Shown: positions 1 to 11,894 of the stretch, one piece after another
Position numbering within the stretch: the first letter of the stretch is position 1
Layout: the number at the start of each line of letters is the position of its first letter
NCBI GenBank assembly: GCA_051362555.1
Contig: CM120645.1
Coordinates: 15,004,001-15,068,000 of the forward strand
DNA: 64,000 nucleotides
Direction: 5' to 3'
Source of the DNA: Lingula anatina
Lineage: Eukaryota > Animalia > Brachiopoda
Translations under genes and position numbers: made by a program
The notes under the pieces: generated by a model
Told to the model about the DNA's origin: nothing
What the model saw: only the letters and a program-made list of their open reading frames with translations
Databases searched by the model: none

Positions 1-2325
1 CCTGGGCCGCGTCATACTGTGCTCCGGTCTGCTCGGTAAGTTCTGTGTCCGCCATTCTTTCTTTCTTCTTCAATGATGTGTTTTCGTGGATTAAATGTAT
101 CCTACCGGACTTGCAGGTAGCTGGTAAGTTTTCACGAGTGCTTCTGCACTACATTAACCTAGCTCATATTGTCATTCTTACACAAAGCAGACTTAACCAA
201 TGACATGTAAGTAATCATAACCTGTTCTACCGGTAGGTTGGTAGGCCTACTATCATATAACGCTTCACATCCAAATAATATACTGGAAAAATAGTCGCCT
301 ACTTAAACCACCATTTAACTACAAATTGGAAATCACATTTTTTATCAAGAAATGATACAAAATTCATAATGTTTGGCTTTAAATCTATGATATGCCTTTC
401 AACTGTTGAAGACGCCTTTCCATCTTGTGTAAATATAGCACCTGAATAGACATTCTGTTTACAGTTCTTAACTATAGACCCGGAATGAACATACCTGAAC
501 GGTCCTCGTCCGTGCCATTTATTACCATTAGGTTCGATTTTTTTTTCTGGTTTACCAAGCCTGACTCGTTGCAAAACGACATATCACTCCGCCTGAACAG
601 TATATGTTCATCGAAGTCGCCCAGAGCGACAAAATTTGATCTTGCCAAAATCGTAACTTCATTTGGTCACTTCCCTCAACTCAAGAATGTGAGAGAAATT
701 CAAGATAAGGGATTACGTATTTTTCAATCATTATTGTTTGTATATAAAAAATCATAAAAATATATCCTTGGAAGCAAATGTTTCTGGAATTTTTGTACAA
801 AATCCAGGCTTTGACGTCACGCATGCCGTAAGACGAACCCGTTGTTTAGTCTATTTGTGAACAGTAGGCATGTTCTCCGGCAAATAGTACTCATTTTGTA
901 ACAAAAATGTTTCTTTATTACTAAGTAAAAGTGAATGCAGGGTGGTACCATAGTCTGCTACATTGCAAAATCGCAAATTCTGTTTGATTAATAATATTCT
1001 TATGAAAGTATCATTACTCGGTGGTTTTCCGGAATGGGGATCTTATTTAGACTCAAGCTTTTTTGTTTCAAATTAGAGGCATCTCAAGTCTTACCCACTC
1101 TTTATCATGCCACAAAAACTAATTAGAAATTGCTACACACGTATCTCTCATTAGAGAATGCGTGGGACCAGGCGGTTGACCTCGGCCGGCATTTTTACCT
1201 ATCGTCATCATTGTTTTCCTCTCCGCCATATTTCTCCTGGGCCGCGTCATACTGTGCTCCGGTCTGCTCGGTAAGTTCTGTGTCCGCCATTCTTTCTTTC
1301 TTCTTCAATGATGTGTTTTCGTGGATTAAATGTATCCTACCGGACTTGCAGGTAGCTGGTAAGTTTTCACGAGTGATTCTGCATTACATTAACCTAGCTC
1401 ATATTGTCATTCTTACACAAAGCAGACTTAACCAATGACCTGTAAGTAATCATAACCTGTTCTACCGGTAAGTTGGTAGGCCTACTATCATATAACGCTT
1501 CACATCCAAATAATATACTGGAAAAATAGTCGCCTACTTAAACCACCATTTAACTACAAATTGGAAATCACATTTTTTATCAAGAAATGATACAAAATTC
1601 ATAATGTTTGGCTTTAAATCTATGATATGCCTTTCAACTGTTGAAGACGCCTTTCCATCTTGTGTAAATAGCCTATAGCACCTGAATAGACATTCTGTTT
1701 ACAGTTCTTAACTATAGACCCGGAATGCCTACATAGCTGAACGGTCCTCGTCCGTGCCATTTATTACCATTTATAAGCCTGACTCGTTGCAAAACGACAT
1801 ATCACTCCGCCTGAACAGTATATGTTCATCGAAGTCGCCCAGAGCGACAAAATTTGATCTTGCCAAAATCGTAACTTCATTTGGTCGCTTCCCTCAACTC
1901 AAGAATGTGAGAGAAATTCAAGATAAGGGATTACGTATTTTTCAATCATTATTGTTTGTATATAAAAAATCATAAAAATATATCCTTGGAAGCAAATGTT
2001 TCTGGAATTTTTGTACAAAATCCAGGCTTTGACGTCACGCATGCCATAAGACGAACCCGTTGTTTAGTCTATTTGTGAACAGTAGGCATGTTCTCTGCCA
2101 AATAGTACTCATTTTGTAACAAAAATGTGTCTTTATTACTAAGTAAAAGTGAATGCAGGGTGGTACCATAGTCTGCTACATTGCAAAATCGCAAATTCTG
2201 TTTGATTAATAATATTCTTATGAAAGTATCATTACTCGGTGGTTTTCCGGAATGGGGCTCTTATTGAGACTCAAGCTTTTTTGTTTCAAATTAGAGGCAT
2301 CTTAAGTCTTACCCATTCTTAATCA
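1..2325. repeat. Tandem segmental duplication, 1235-bp period (about two copies, continuing off the left edge)
   Basis: CCTGGGCCGCGTCATAC at 1 recurs at 1236. The copies are nearly identical apart from SNPs and a ~20-bp indel near 528-550. A more diverged third copy lies at ~3340-3600 plus ~4690-5250. Confidence 0.95.
1199..1290 (-). CDS. Probable first coding exon (duplicated) of an off-window minus-strand gene: MADTELTEQTGAQYDAAQEKYGGEENNDDD(R)
   Basis: AGAATGGCGG start context, 30 open codons plus 2 nt, then a GTAAAA donor. Another copy has its ATG at 55. The acidic leader ending DDDR resembles the segment before RRM1 in hnRNP A/B/D (squid)-type proteins (inference only). Confidence 0.55.
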
Positions 2326-3220
2326 TGCCGTACAAAAATGACTGTTATCATATTTATCCTGTACATGAATATCAAATACGGCTATAAAGGCATTGGTTTT
2401 TCAATAAAAAATATGAGGTGAATATTGCGATTGTTTACATGTATGAGTAAAAAAACGGATGACGTTATTTCTCTTCTTTGAAGGCCAGAAAAGAATAAAG
2501 CTGAGGAGTGAAAATGGAAAGTCATCACCAAGATGCCGTCTCTCATGAAGCCACGCCCTCTGACAGAATCCATATTTTGTACTTCCTTGTCTGTGTGACC
2601 GTAAGTTCAATTCAATTTCCTGTAGAATGTTTGTTAAACTCCACTCGGACAAAAAAATAAAGCACCAATGTCACTGCTATTCAGATAAATTATTTAGGAA
2701 TTGGGCCATTCCGTGGTATGTTTGGGTCGTTTTGGAGAAATATTTGACACATCAAATATAAATTTAAAAAAAAAAGTAAAATAAAGTTGGGAGGCCCATT
2801 TTTGGTATGTTTATTCCTCTATTTTTGAATAATATTAGGCAAAAATAAGAATTAAAAAAAGTTTAAGTGTGGAGAAATAGAAAAAAATTGTAAGTGTCTG
2901 GGAAGGATGTGAAATGGCCATGGAATTCCAAAACGTTCAATTTTAACACCAAAACTATGCTCCGTCTGAGGAGATATTTAAAAAACCAAAACAAAATATA
3001 ATTATTTGATTATTTCACTTTTTAAATATGTGTAAAGTGTTTTTTTTTTTTTTTTTGAAAATTTTGCATATGTGAAAATCAAGTAGGCATCAGGGAAGGA
3101 TGTTTTGTCCGATGCTGAATGTGAAACAAGGCTAAATAGAAATATTTAAAGGGGCATACAAACCGAGGAAGAGTGTTATCATAGCTTTGAAATCAGTGGC
3201 TGATTTAGAGAAGGGGTTTT

Positions 3221-3255
<35 letters not shown>

Positions 3256-3477
3256 TGCCCCCTCCCCCTTCGGTTTCTGAAAAATATATCACGCCAATAT
3301 TCCCCTCTTGAAATTAGAATTTTAACTAGTTGGCTTGCATTTTACCTATCGTCATCGTTACATGTGTATCCATTGTCATCATTGTTCCCACAAAAACTAA
3401 TTAGAAATATTGCTACACACTATCTCTCATTAGGGAATGCTTGGGACCAGGCGGTTGACCCCGGCCGGCATTTTTAC

Positions 3478-3539
3478 CTTTCGTCATCATTGTTTTCCTC
3501 TTCGCCATAATTCTCCTGGGCAAGTTTTGTGTCCGCCAT
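3478..3539 (-). CDS. Diverged copy of the same first exon with an in-frame 30-nt deletion: MADTKLAQENYGEEENNDDE(R)
   Basis: Same ATG context and AG|GTAAAA donor; 62 nt, so the same phase 2 as the 1199-1290 copy. Confidence 0.5.
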
Positions 3540-3954
3540 TCTTTCTTTCTTCTTTAATGTGTTTTCAGGGATTGAATGTAGCATACAGGACTTACAGGTA
3601 AGAGCTACTTCATAAACATAATTCAAAATATTTAAAAGGTTATGATTGTCAATCTATGAAAACACGATGATTGTTGTCGTGGTTTCCAAGAGACACAACA
3701 TACAAGTTGTTCAAGTGGTGTCCTCTTATTTATATCCGTTAAATCAAATATCTTCACATATGAGCGAAAGTACCATCATTGTTGTTTGTGACTATTTTGG
3801 GTACTTTCTTTTTTGTATTTATTTAAAATGTACCAGGTATCATTAACGTTATAAAACAAAGCAACTGCTTGAATAATTTAAAAACTGATGGTAACGCTCT
3901 CGTGCTCTCGCCTTTGAAGAATAACGTAAAGCAATGGTGCGAAAAAAAAAAAAG

Positions 3955-5250
3955 CGATAGATAGATAATTTATTTATTCAAACGTGACCAGAACGTACAA
4001 GCCCAGAATATACATAATATATATATATACAATCTGCGTAGCAAAGACAAATTCATAATTATACTCATGTTGGTCGAGTCTTTAATAACAGATATTAATT
4101 TTATATATGTTAATAAAACGATAACATGATGTTAACGTTAGGAAAATAAAAAGTTTACAGCATAAATCAAATGACACAAATCGTACGTAGGCCCGCCTCT
4201 CCAAATATTTTCTACCGAGCTAAAATCTAACGCAGGATATTTCTTGCGTATTGAACTTGCCATAGGGCAAAAACACAAAACATGTTCTACTGTTTGCATT
4301 TCACCGGTACCACAGATACGTTTCCGATCCTCTAAGGGGACGTGAGACCAGCGGTCCTTCTCCACTGTCAGGTCGTGTGATGACAACCTGTACCGGGTTG
4401 TAATAATTCTCTCAAACCTCCTGTCGTCCATACCGGTATAAATGTCTGTGATAGATCCGGATTGAACTCTCTATACAATATAGCCTTACAATTTTGAAAC
4501 ACACCCACCCTTTCTTTTCAGTTCAATAAGTCAGATTCCCCATAATTATTGCGTTGCAAAATACCATAAAGGTATTTGAATGCGTTTGTATATTGGCCTG
4601 TTTATAGGTAGTCCATGTATTTAAAAATGGGCCATCATGCATCTCCTCTCGTTGTTCGAGAGCCTTTACCATGAATTTATGCTGGGCGGTTTTCACGAGG
4701 GCTTCTGCACTACATTAACCTAGCTCAACTAAACATAAATTGTTAGGTATTGTTACTCAAGCAGACTTAACCAGTGACCTGTAAGTGACCTGTTCTAGGT
4801 TGGCACTTTTATTTACCCAAGCTTCACATCCACAGAATTTACTGAAAAGATCTTAAAATCGAAAAAAAATCCTTAACCCGCCGTTTAACTACAAATGGGA
4901 AATCACGTTTTTTATCAAGAAATGATACAAAAGTCATAATGTTTGGCTTTTAATCAATGACATGCCTTTCAACTGCTGAAGACGCCTTTCCATCCTGAGT
5001 AAATATAGCACCTGAATAGACATACTCTTTACAGTTCTTAAGTATGAGACCCGGGATGTACATAGCTGAATGGTCCTCGTCCGTTTTCTGGTTGATTACC
5101 ATGCCTGACTCGTTGCAAAACGACATATTACTCCGCCTTAACAGTAGGGCCTATATGTTCATCGAAGTCGCCCAGAGTGACAATATTTGACCTTGACAAC
5201 ATCGCACAAAATCCAGGCTTTGACGTCAAGCATGCCCCAAGACGAACCCA
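3955..5250 (-). mobile_element. Decayed, internally deleted non-LTR retrotransposon (LINE) ORF2 remnant
   Basis: ORF 4138-4431 ends in the LINE C-terminal motif RICGTGEMQTVEHVLCFC. Upstream minus-strand fragments read PNNLCLVELG.CSAEALVKTAQHKF. An endonuclease-like ALGDFDEH motif lies near 5160-5180. The 3' end has AATAAA and a (TATC)n tail near 3955-3980. The 5' part is also present in the tandem units. Confidence 0.7.
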
Positions 5251-5400
5251 ACTCGATCGCTGTTTACGTACATTTGCAGGTATTTTAATCTTGGCGATAA
5301 TCAATTTGGGAAAGCTAAAACAAAGTTTTAGATAAATGCCTAGTCGATCTCTTTATTTACACAGGCAAGGCAGTTTTCTACAGTCAATATTTTACTGTGC

Positions 5401-5443
5401 AAAAAAAAAAAAAAAAAAAAAAAAATAATAATAATAATAATAA

Positions 5444-5490
<47 letters not shown>
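5401..5490. repeat. Poly(A) plus (TAA)n/(TAAA)n microsatellite
   Basis: Directly visible. Confidence 0.95.
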
Positions 5491-5494
<4 letters not shown>

Positions 5495-7384
5495 TTAAAA
5501 AATCTAATCAGTTAAGTAAATTAGAATCCCTTAATTTCACTGCACCAGGTTGGGCTTGGTAATGAATTTGTCTTCTATCTTTCTTTCTTTTTTTAGAAAC
5601 TTTCATACAAAATTTGTAGTCAAATACATTGCATTACGTGCAAACTTATTAGCTATAGCCTTTATGGATAAAAAAAGGAAAAAGGGAGACTGGTGAGAAA
5701 TGACGTCTTTATCCATTCAAAATATACAGTTTTCCATGCTATTATTTGTTGTCAAACAGTTGTCGATACGGCAGAAATTACATATATAGTTATTATTTTC
5801 ATTTTTTTCCACAATGTTCTTATGTTTATTTAGATTGTATTAGAGAAGAAACTACTAACACAGCTCAATTAGGTAACATCTGTTCAATTAGTCATGTGGT
5901 CAACTGTATAAAAGGCAATGTCGCATGTGCTCTGCGCGGTCATTCATTACTTTCTAGCAGAGTGAAGGCATGGTTTGATATTATATGTAGCTTGTGTGAA
6001 ATTTATGCATTTAATATGATGTTATTTATATTTCACTTTATATAGAAGTATTATGTGTAATTTTCATAAGTTTACATAAGTTTTTCATAATTATAATCAG
6101 TAATGTAAGCTATGGGCATTGGGTTTATTAAAGTCTATGTTGGTATGGGTGTGGCATTTTCATGAACTACACGTACATGCATTTTTACGTTATCAAATAA
6201 ATGTACAGTAACAGTTCAGGTTGTCATGACCGTCTCTAGGCAGCCAGTTGGCAGCGGAAAAGCGAGTATGGATATTGTTTTAGTGTAAGTGTTTGAAATT
6301 AAATAATTAGTGAAGTAAACTTACACGTATGTAAAGAATGGTTTTTTTTTTTTGATAAGATCACATAAATTAAGTTATTTAGTATACTTAGTTTATTTAT
6401 CTTGATATTTCAATGTATTGTTATTATTATATATATTTTTCTTTTCTTTTTATAGTTTTCACCACTTTCTGTTCAGTTCAATTCTGTTCACACTGCGTGA
6501 ATAAACAGCAGTCATGTCCAACGATGTTTCTTCGTTTTTACTCGTGGTCCGCTTCAAAAACTATAAAAATATTTAACTTGATTCCCGAAGGGTTAAGCTA
6601 TGCTTGTGAACATCGGGCATGGTACAAATAAATGTGGAGTGTAAATATCTACAAAACACCTCTTTTTTATTTCGTCATTCCACTCTTCTCTCTACATTTT
6701 TGCTTGGATGTGATAAGCAATCAACTAATAGTCCAATATTAGAAAAATGGATCCGTAACAAAAATTGTTTGCAAGTCTACAGACTTGACATTTAATATGG
6801 AATTATTTTTCTAAATCATTTTTCATCAGTTTTTTCTTATTTTGCTGACTGAAAAATGAAAAATAAGGATTAAAAGTGTTTTAATAACTTTTAATAATAT
6901 CTTTGACGTCATTGTGACATCGGTTCATTAATTGAATTCCCCAGTGAAGCAAACAAAAATACATTGCCTATTTTAAGTCATACGACAACCATTAAAAGCG
7001 ATATTTTGGATCTTCACATTTTCCAAAATTTTCACAGGTAAAAGAGTTGCATACCCAATAAAGAACCCTCATGTCAGTGTTTTGGCACAGTAACAGTCAT
7101 TGTTACGCCTGACTTCATCTGGTTGCTACCAGGGTTCTCAAGCTCCTAGGCATTCCTTGGGAAAGGTTTTTAGAGTTTAATCTGGAATAACATTTCAGGC
7201 ATTGGTCAAAACATGTCCAATTTGGTTCAGTTTTGTTGTAGGACATGTCAGCCGTTGATTCGGCGAGTAATGACCTACCCAAATATTGTCCATGTGGTTC
7301 AAATATGGAGGTTGGTAGCTGTTCATTCCCTTGATTCTGTAAGTTATCTGCTATTAAAAGTGCTCTTTGTTGACTAAAAATCTG

Positions 7385-7627
7385 GGCCCAGTTTTATAAA
7401 GGCCGTTTAGCACTAACCAGTGGATAAGCCTAACCAGTGGATAAATTCCCCTAACACCCATTAACTAAAAGATGGTTAAAATGTGTTTAATATACAGTCT
7501 TCTGACGGAAAACAGCCAATTAGTTAACTGGCCAGTGTTTAACTGGATTAAATAATTATTTAAAGGTCAGTTAATAACAGACTGTTTAGGTCTGGTTAGA
7601 GTAAAACCTCCTTTATAAAACTGGGCC
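7385..7627. mobile_element. PIF/Harbinger-type MITE
   Basis: TIRs GGCCCAGTTTTATAAAGG ... CCTTTATAAAACTGGGCC with a 3-bp CTG duplication on both sides; internal TAACCAGTGGATAA repeats. Confidence 0.8.
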
Positions 7628-8190
7628 CTGGTTGTGCAACCTAGAATTGTTTCTAAGGTGCCCCCAATCAAGTGATAGTCAGGTGGTTCCCAGATTATTC
7701 CTTTATTTGATGTGGTTCAGGTTTTCATCGATGACTACCATTGGTGTTGTGGCAACGATAGGTTATCATTTGCAGGAACTGACGTAGCAATGACCCTATT
7801 CACTTTAGACGCGGCACATGCTTCGTCGTAGCCACTTCAAGGTGTCTGTAAACTATTTGACAAGTTGAGCGGTACAGGTGAAATCTGACCTCAATAAAGA
7901 AAGTCACGCAGTTTCAGTCGTGGATGGATTGACTCTTCTTCCTGCGATCCCGCCATTGGAAGCGTTAATTAATCTTTTCCGAAGGGCGGCCAGATAATAA
8001 AGGAGTTATGTACATGTAACCATTATTAATATTGCTTTGTTATTTAAAATCAAAAGCCCCTTGGTGTCTCCTCACGTTTGTAGTGTCCGTACCCCCATCT
8101 GTTTTATTCAGGAATCACAGCATATTCTGTCTGGTTTTATTATTTATGTATGTTCATACTGACATTTATTTTGCAGGAAGAAAATAGTAT

Positions 8191-8525
8191 ACTAGTGGAT
8201 CAAAGAGGCGATACTGGAGATATACGGGCCGGAAAATTTCCGAAGTGCAGCTCATGCAGGGGCGGATTAAGGCCGTCTTCTGGGTCTTCCGGAAGACGGT
8301 CAGATTTTCAAGTTCACATTGAAAGGTATCCAATTTTTCCTGTTGGAAGACGGTCAAAATTTGAGGATGAATCAATAAAGATAATTCGGAAGACTGTCAA
8401 TAAATAGCTCTGGATCCGCCCCTGTCATGGTGAAAAGTAGGTCAAAAGTCATTTTCAAGGTCACAGTTAGATTGCCAGTACTTCCCATTCAAGTTCAAGA
8501 GTAACTATGAGCGTATCTCTACCAG

Positions 8526-8573
<48 letters not shown>

Positions 8574-8697
8574 GATGAAAATTTTGCAAAGTTCAGTTCA
8601 TGGTGAAGAGTAGGTCAAAAGTCACTTTCAAGGTCACAGTTAGATTGCCAGTACTTCCCATTCAAGTTCAAGAGTAACTATGAGCGTATCTCTACCA

Positions 8698-8756
<59 letters not shown>

Positions 8757-9175
8757 GATGAAAATTTTGCAAAGTTCAGTTCATGGTGAAAAGTAGGTCA
8801 AAAGTCACTTTCAAGGTCACAGTTAGATTGCCAGTATATGACTTTTTAGTCAAGTTCAAGAGTAACTATGGGCGTATCTCTACAAGTCTTGGGCATATAA
8901 GGGCCAGAAATTTTGCAAAGTGCAGTTCATGATTAAAGTAGATCAAAGGTCAACTTCAAGGACACAGACAGCTTGTCAGTATATGACTTGCTATTCAAGT
9001 TCATTAATAACCATGGGCATATCTACTCCAATTTAGGAATATTTCAGATTTTGAACAGTGAATATTGCGATGTTGTACTTTTTCATATGGTACAACTCTC
9101 CATTCGTATTAAAAATGAAAAAGTTGACACCACTTACAGTTTTGCACTTGACAAGCTCTACAAAATGCAATAAAT
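8191..9175 (+). mobile_element. Non-autonomous element with ~150-180-bp internal tandem repeats (AGGTCAAAAGTCA..CAAGGTCA motif) and (TA)n tracts; Helentron/HINE-like
   Basis: Units start near 8425, 8598, 8781 and 8927. The 5' end ACTAGTGGATCAAAGAGGCGATAC matches the inverted relative at 11118-11643. Family assignment is inferred. Confidence 0.6.
8257..8424. mobile_element. MITE with CAGGGGCGGAT termini and 5-bp TSD, nested in the preceding element
   Basis: CAGGGGCGGAT ... ATCCGCCCCTG flanked by TCATG/TCATG. Same family as 29670-29837. Confidence 0.85.
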
Positions 9176-9500
9176 AAATAAATAAATAAATAAATAAAAA
9201 TAAAAATCTCTAACATTTACGGTTCCAGAACTAGAGATCTTTTAGTTTGGGCATCTATAACGGCTGCTTCTCCCGTGAAGATGCTCCGATTGACCTCAAA
9301 CTCACTAAGATGAAAGATGATCCCAAGTGTAACACCTGTCCATAATATTATGGATTAAGTCCGTGTAGTTTTTGAAGATTGTCAGAAATAAAATTATTTG
9401 TGCAGATTTTCAGAAACTACACAGACCTAACCTAAATCTACCTAAACTGGGACAATTGATTTGGGTTTATTTGGCAGGTTGGGGTGCATTAAAAAAAGGA

Positions 9501-9587
9501 GGGGCATTAGCTCAGTGGTAGAGCACTTGCCTAGAATGTACATTTACCTAGCGCAAGAGGTCCTGGCTTCGATTCCTAGATTCTTCT
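9501..9587 (+). tRNA. tRNA-Ala-like sequence (probable pseudo-tRNA or SINE head) with AGA anticodon and a 15-nt insertion at the canonical intron site
   Basis: A box TAGCTCAGTGG; D arm GCTC/GAGC; anticodon stem CTTGC/GCAAG; loop CT-AGA-A followed by insert 9537-9551; T loop TTCGATT. There is one mismatch each in the acceptor and T stems. Confidence 0.6.
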
Positions 9588-10079
9588 CTAGACATGATCT
9601 TGACTCCTCTTATATAATAATCTGCCTTTGAACTCAGTCTACTTTGCAGGCCAAGAAAAAAATTGTTGGGTTTGTGCATTTGTTTGATTGGTAATTGCCA
9701 TGACTGACAACGCATTCATATGTATGCTAATCTTACTAACTTAGAACCATATATGAGAAAGTTGTACTTGTATATAATCACAATCAAAGTACTGTTTATC
9801 TCCTATATTTATCGTGGAATCTGACTTGACAATTGTCAGGATCCTGCGTAACGTCGGCCCACCAGTGACGTGCTATCTTACCAATGGCATTGGTAGCGTC
9901 AGGACCTTCAGCTTCTGATTTATGTTCTAAAAATCACTGTTACATCTAATACTCTGGACAATCAGTGATTAGATATGTATTTGCAAACTAATAAGCTTAT
10001 AATATCTTTATAACCAACCCTCTCTCATGTCATACAGAATAAATAATCTACATGCATGCATATATTATATATATGCTAT

Positions 10080-10960
10080 ATTCAGATTCATCGTTATGCC
10101 CCATGTAATGGAGTTACAGATGCATGCTCCCCGTCTCGATGAGTATCTCAAGTGGCAAGTGAAGATTGACCATCATGGTTACACTGTCAATGAGAACAGC
10201 AGAATTTGCAGTAATCACTCCAGGTGAGGTAATATGCCAGTCTTTCAGAAGTGAGGCACTTTGTGGGGGAATAAAAATTCCAGCATATTGACCAGTTGAG
10301 TAACTCTATAATTTTAATTGTATGATATTCTAATTACATGTGGTACTGTACCAGTACAAATACTTGTCTGATATGCAGGTATACCAGGTACACTTATGCT
10401 TTTGATATATTTTACCTGTTTTCAATACAACAGTTTATTGAAATGTTTAATGTGTGTAAAAAAAATTGTTTTAATTTTTATATATATATACATAGGAAAC
10501 CACCAGCAAAAGTCCAAATGCTTGAAAAAAAGGTGAAAGAGTTGTTACATCAAGTTAATGATCTGGTCATTGAGAAAACAAGTCTCCTAGGAAAAAAAAA
10601 AAAAAACAGTCTGCAATTTGATTTTGAAGAATCACAACAAAAAACAAACAACTTGAAGAAAAGTTGGTTCCACCTCATGTCAGCATATTAAATATCAAAG
10701 ATTCAGATAATATTGCATTACATACTGTCTTGCCATCTTACCAGCTGTTTTCATGGGTTCTTAAACAAGTTTCTCCAGCAGTAGAGACTATGACATAATG
10801 GAAAGGGAAGCAGACAGGTGAACATGGAGGAGACCAGGAAAAGGAAAGAGGACCAGCGAGATTACTATCAACAGAAAATGAGCTCCTCCTTACTTTGATG
10901 AAGTTGAAGCTGAATATTATTGAGGAATATCTTGGTTTCAAATGGAAATGTCAACATCAG
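10080..10960 (+). pseudogene. Decayed THAP-domain PIF/Harbinger-superfamily (ISL2EU-like) transposase
   Basis: THAP-like W..KID...TVNENSRICSNH at 10150-10220, a coiled-coil piece at 10500-10590, then HTH_Tnp_4-like HTVLPSYQLF...WKG...RGPARLLSTENELLLTLMKLKLNIIEEYLGFKW at 10720-10945. Interrupted by stops and frameshifts. Confidence 0.7.
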
Positions 10961-11117
10961 GTATACCCCAGAAAAAAAACATTATTCAGTAGTGTCTTCA
11001 GCAGTGCAAGGTTGCATTTCTCAATCATGGACCAGAGTGCATGATTGATGAGGTTATTCTCCATATTTGTTGTTACACGACAAGGTTGGCGTTACCCTCA
11101 TGGAATCATAGCAGACA

Positions 11118-11643
11118 ACCTGACGATTCGTAGGTTCGCTTGCCGTTTGCACTCCCCCCCCCCAAAAAAAATGCAATTTTCACACATGCGCGCATCGATT
11201 TTGTATCTGTAAAGTGGTGAATAATTACCATTGAACCTGAATAGGAAGTCATAAATGGGCAATCTGTGACCTTGAATTTGACCTTTGACCTACTTTTCAC
11301 CATGAACTGAACTTTGCAAGTTTTCCATCCCTTATATCTCCAAAACTGGCAGAGATATGCCCATATTCTAGCAATTGAACTGTGATCTTCAAATTGACCT
11401 TTGACATATTTTTTGCTACAAACCTCACTTCACAAATTTGGATTTTTACTTTTCCCCATGACTTTGTTTTAAATGGTAATTTTCAACAAAAATTTTTAGA
11501 ACTCGTTTACTGCATTTTGTAGAGCTTGTCAAGCACAACACTGGATGTGGTGTCCCCCTTTTTTTGTTTTCCATATGAATGCGCTTAATCCAGCTGTTGG
11601 TACAATACCTGGAGGCGGTATCGCCTCTCTGATCCTCTAGTTT
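11118..11643 (-). mobile_element. Inverted relative of the 8191-9175 element (TGACCTTG-rich, Helentron/HINE-like)
   Basis: Reverse-complement matches: TGACCTACTTTTCACCATGAACTGAACTTTGCAA, TGCATTTTGTAGAGCTTGTCAAG and GTATCGCCTCTCTGATCCTCTAG. Confidence 0.6.
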
Positions 11644-11894
11644 CAACACGTTTTAAAATGTTCATTAGCACCATGTGTTAACATCAAGAAGTCTCAAAAT
11701 TATTGTTCCATTGAACCCTCGTGTGAAAAATATGCCTCACAAATTTTAGTTCTATTTTCTCTCTTGTAAATCCCATTATCACATACTATATATGTGCTTA
11801 TCTTAAACATGTGGTAATGTTACTAAAAACATTTTTTGTGTCAACATGAATTCTTTTGACAGCTGTGAGAGACTGCTGGGAAAAAAGGCCGACA

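Noticed and set aside
485-1975. Plus-strand ORFs 485-757, 1130-1438 and 1754-1975
   Set aside because: Antisense to the LINE remnant and the duplicated exon, with no recognisable protein features.
7020-7960. Minus-strand coding-like stretch starting ATGGCGGGATCGCAGG, split by a MITE
   Set aside because: Multiple stops and no recognisable domain; may be a TE relic but this cannot be supported.
8425-8990. Repeat array superficially resembling CRISPR
   Set aside because: Eukaryotic context, long units separated only by (TA)n, no unique spacers and no cas genes.
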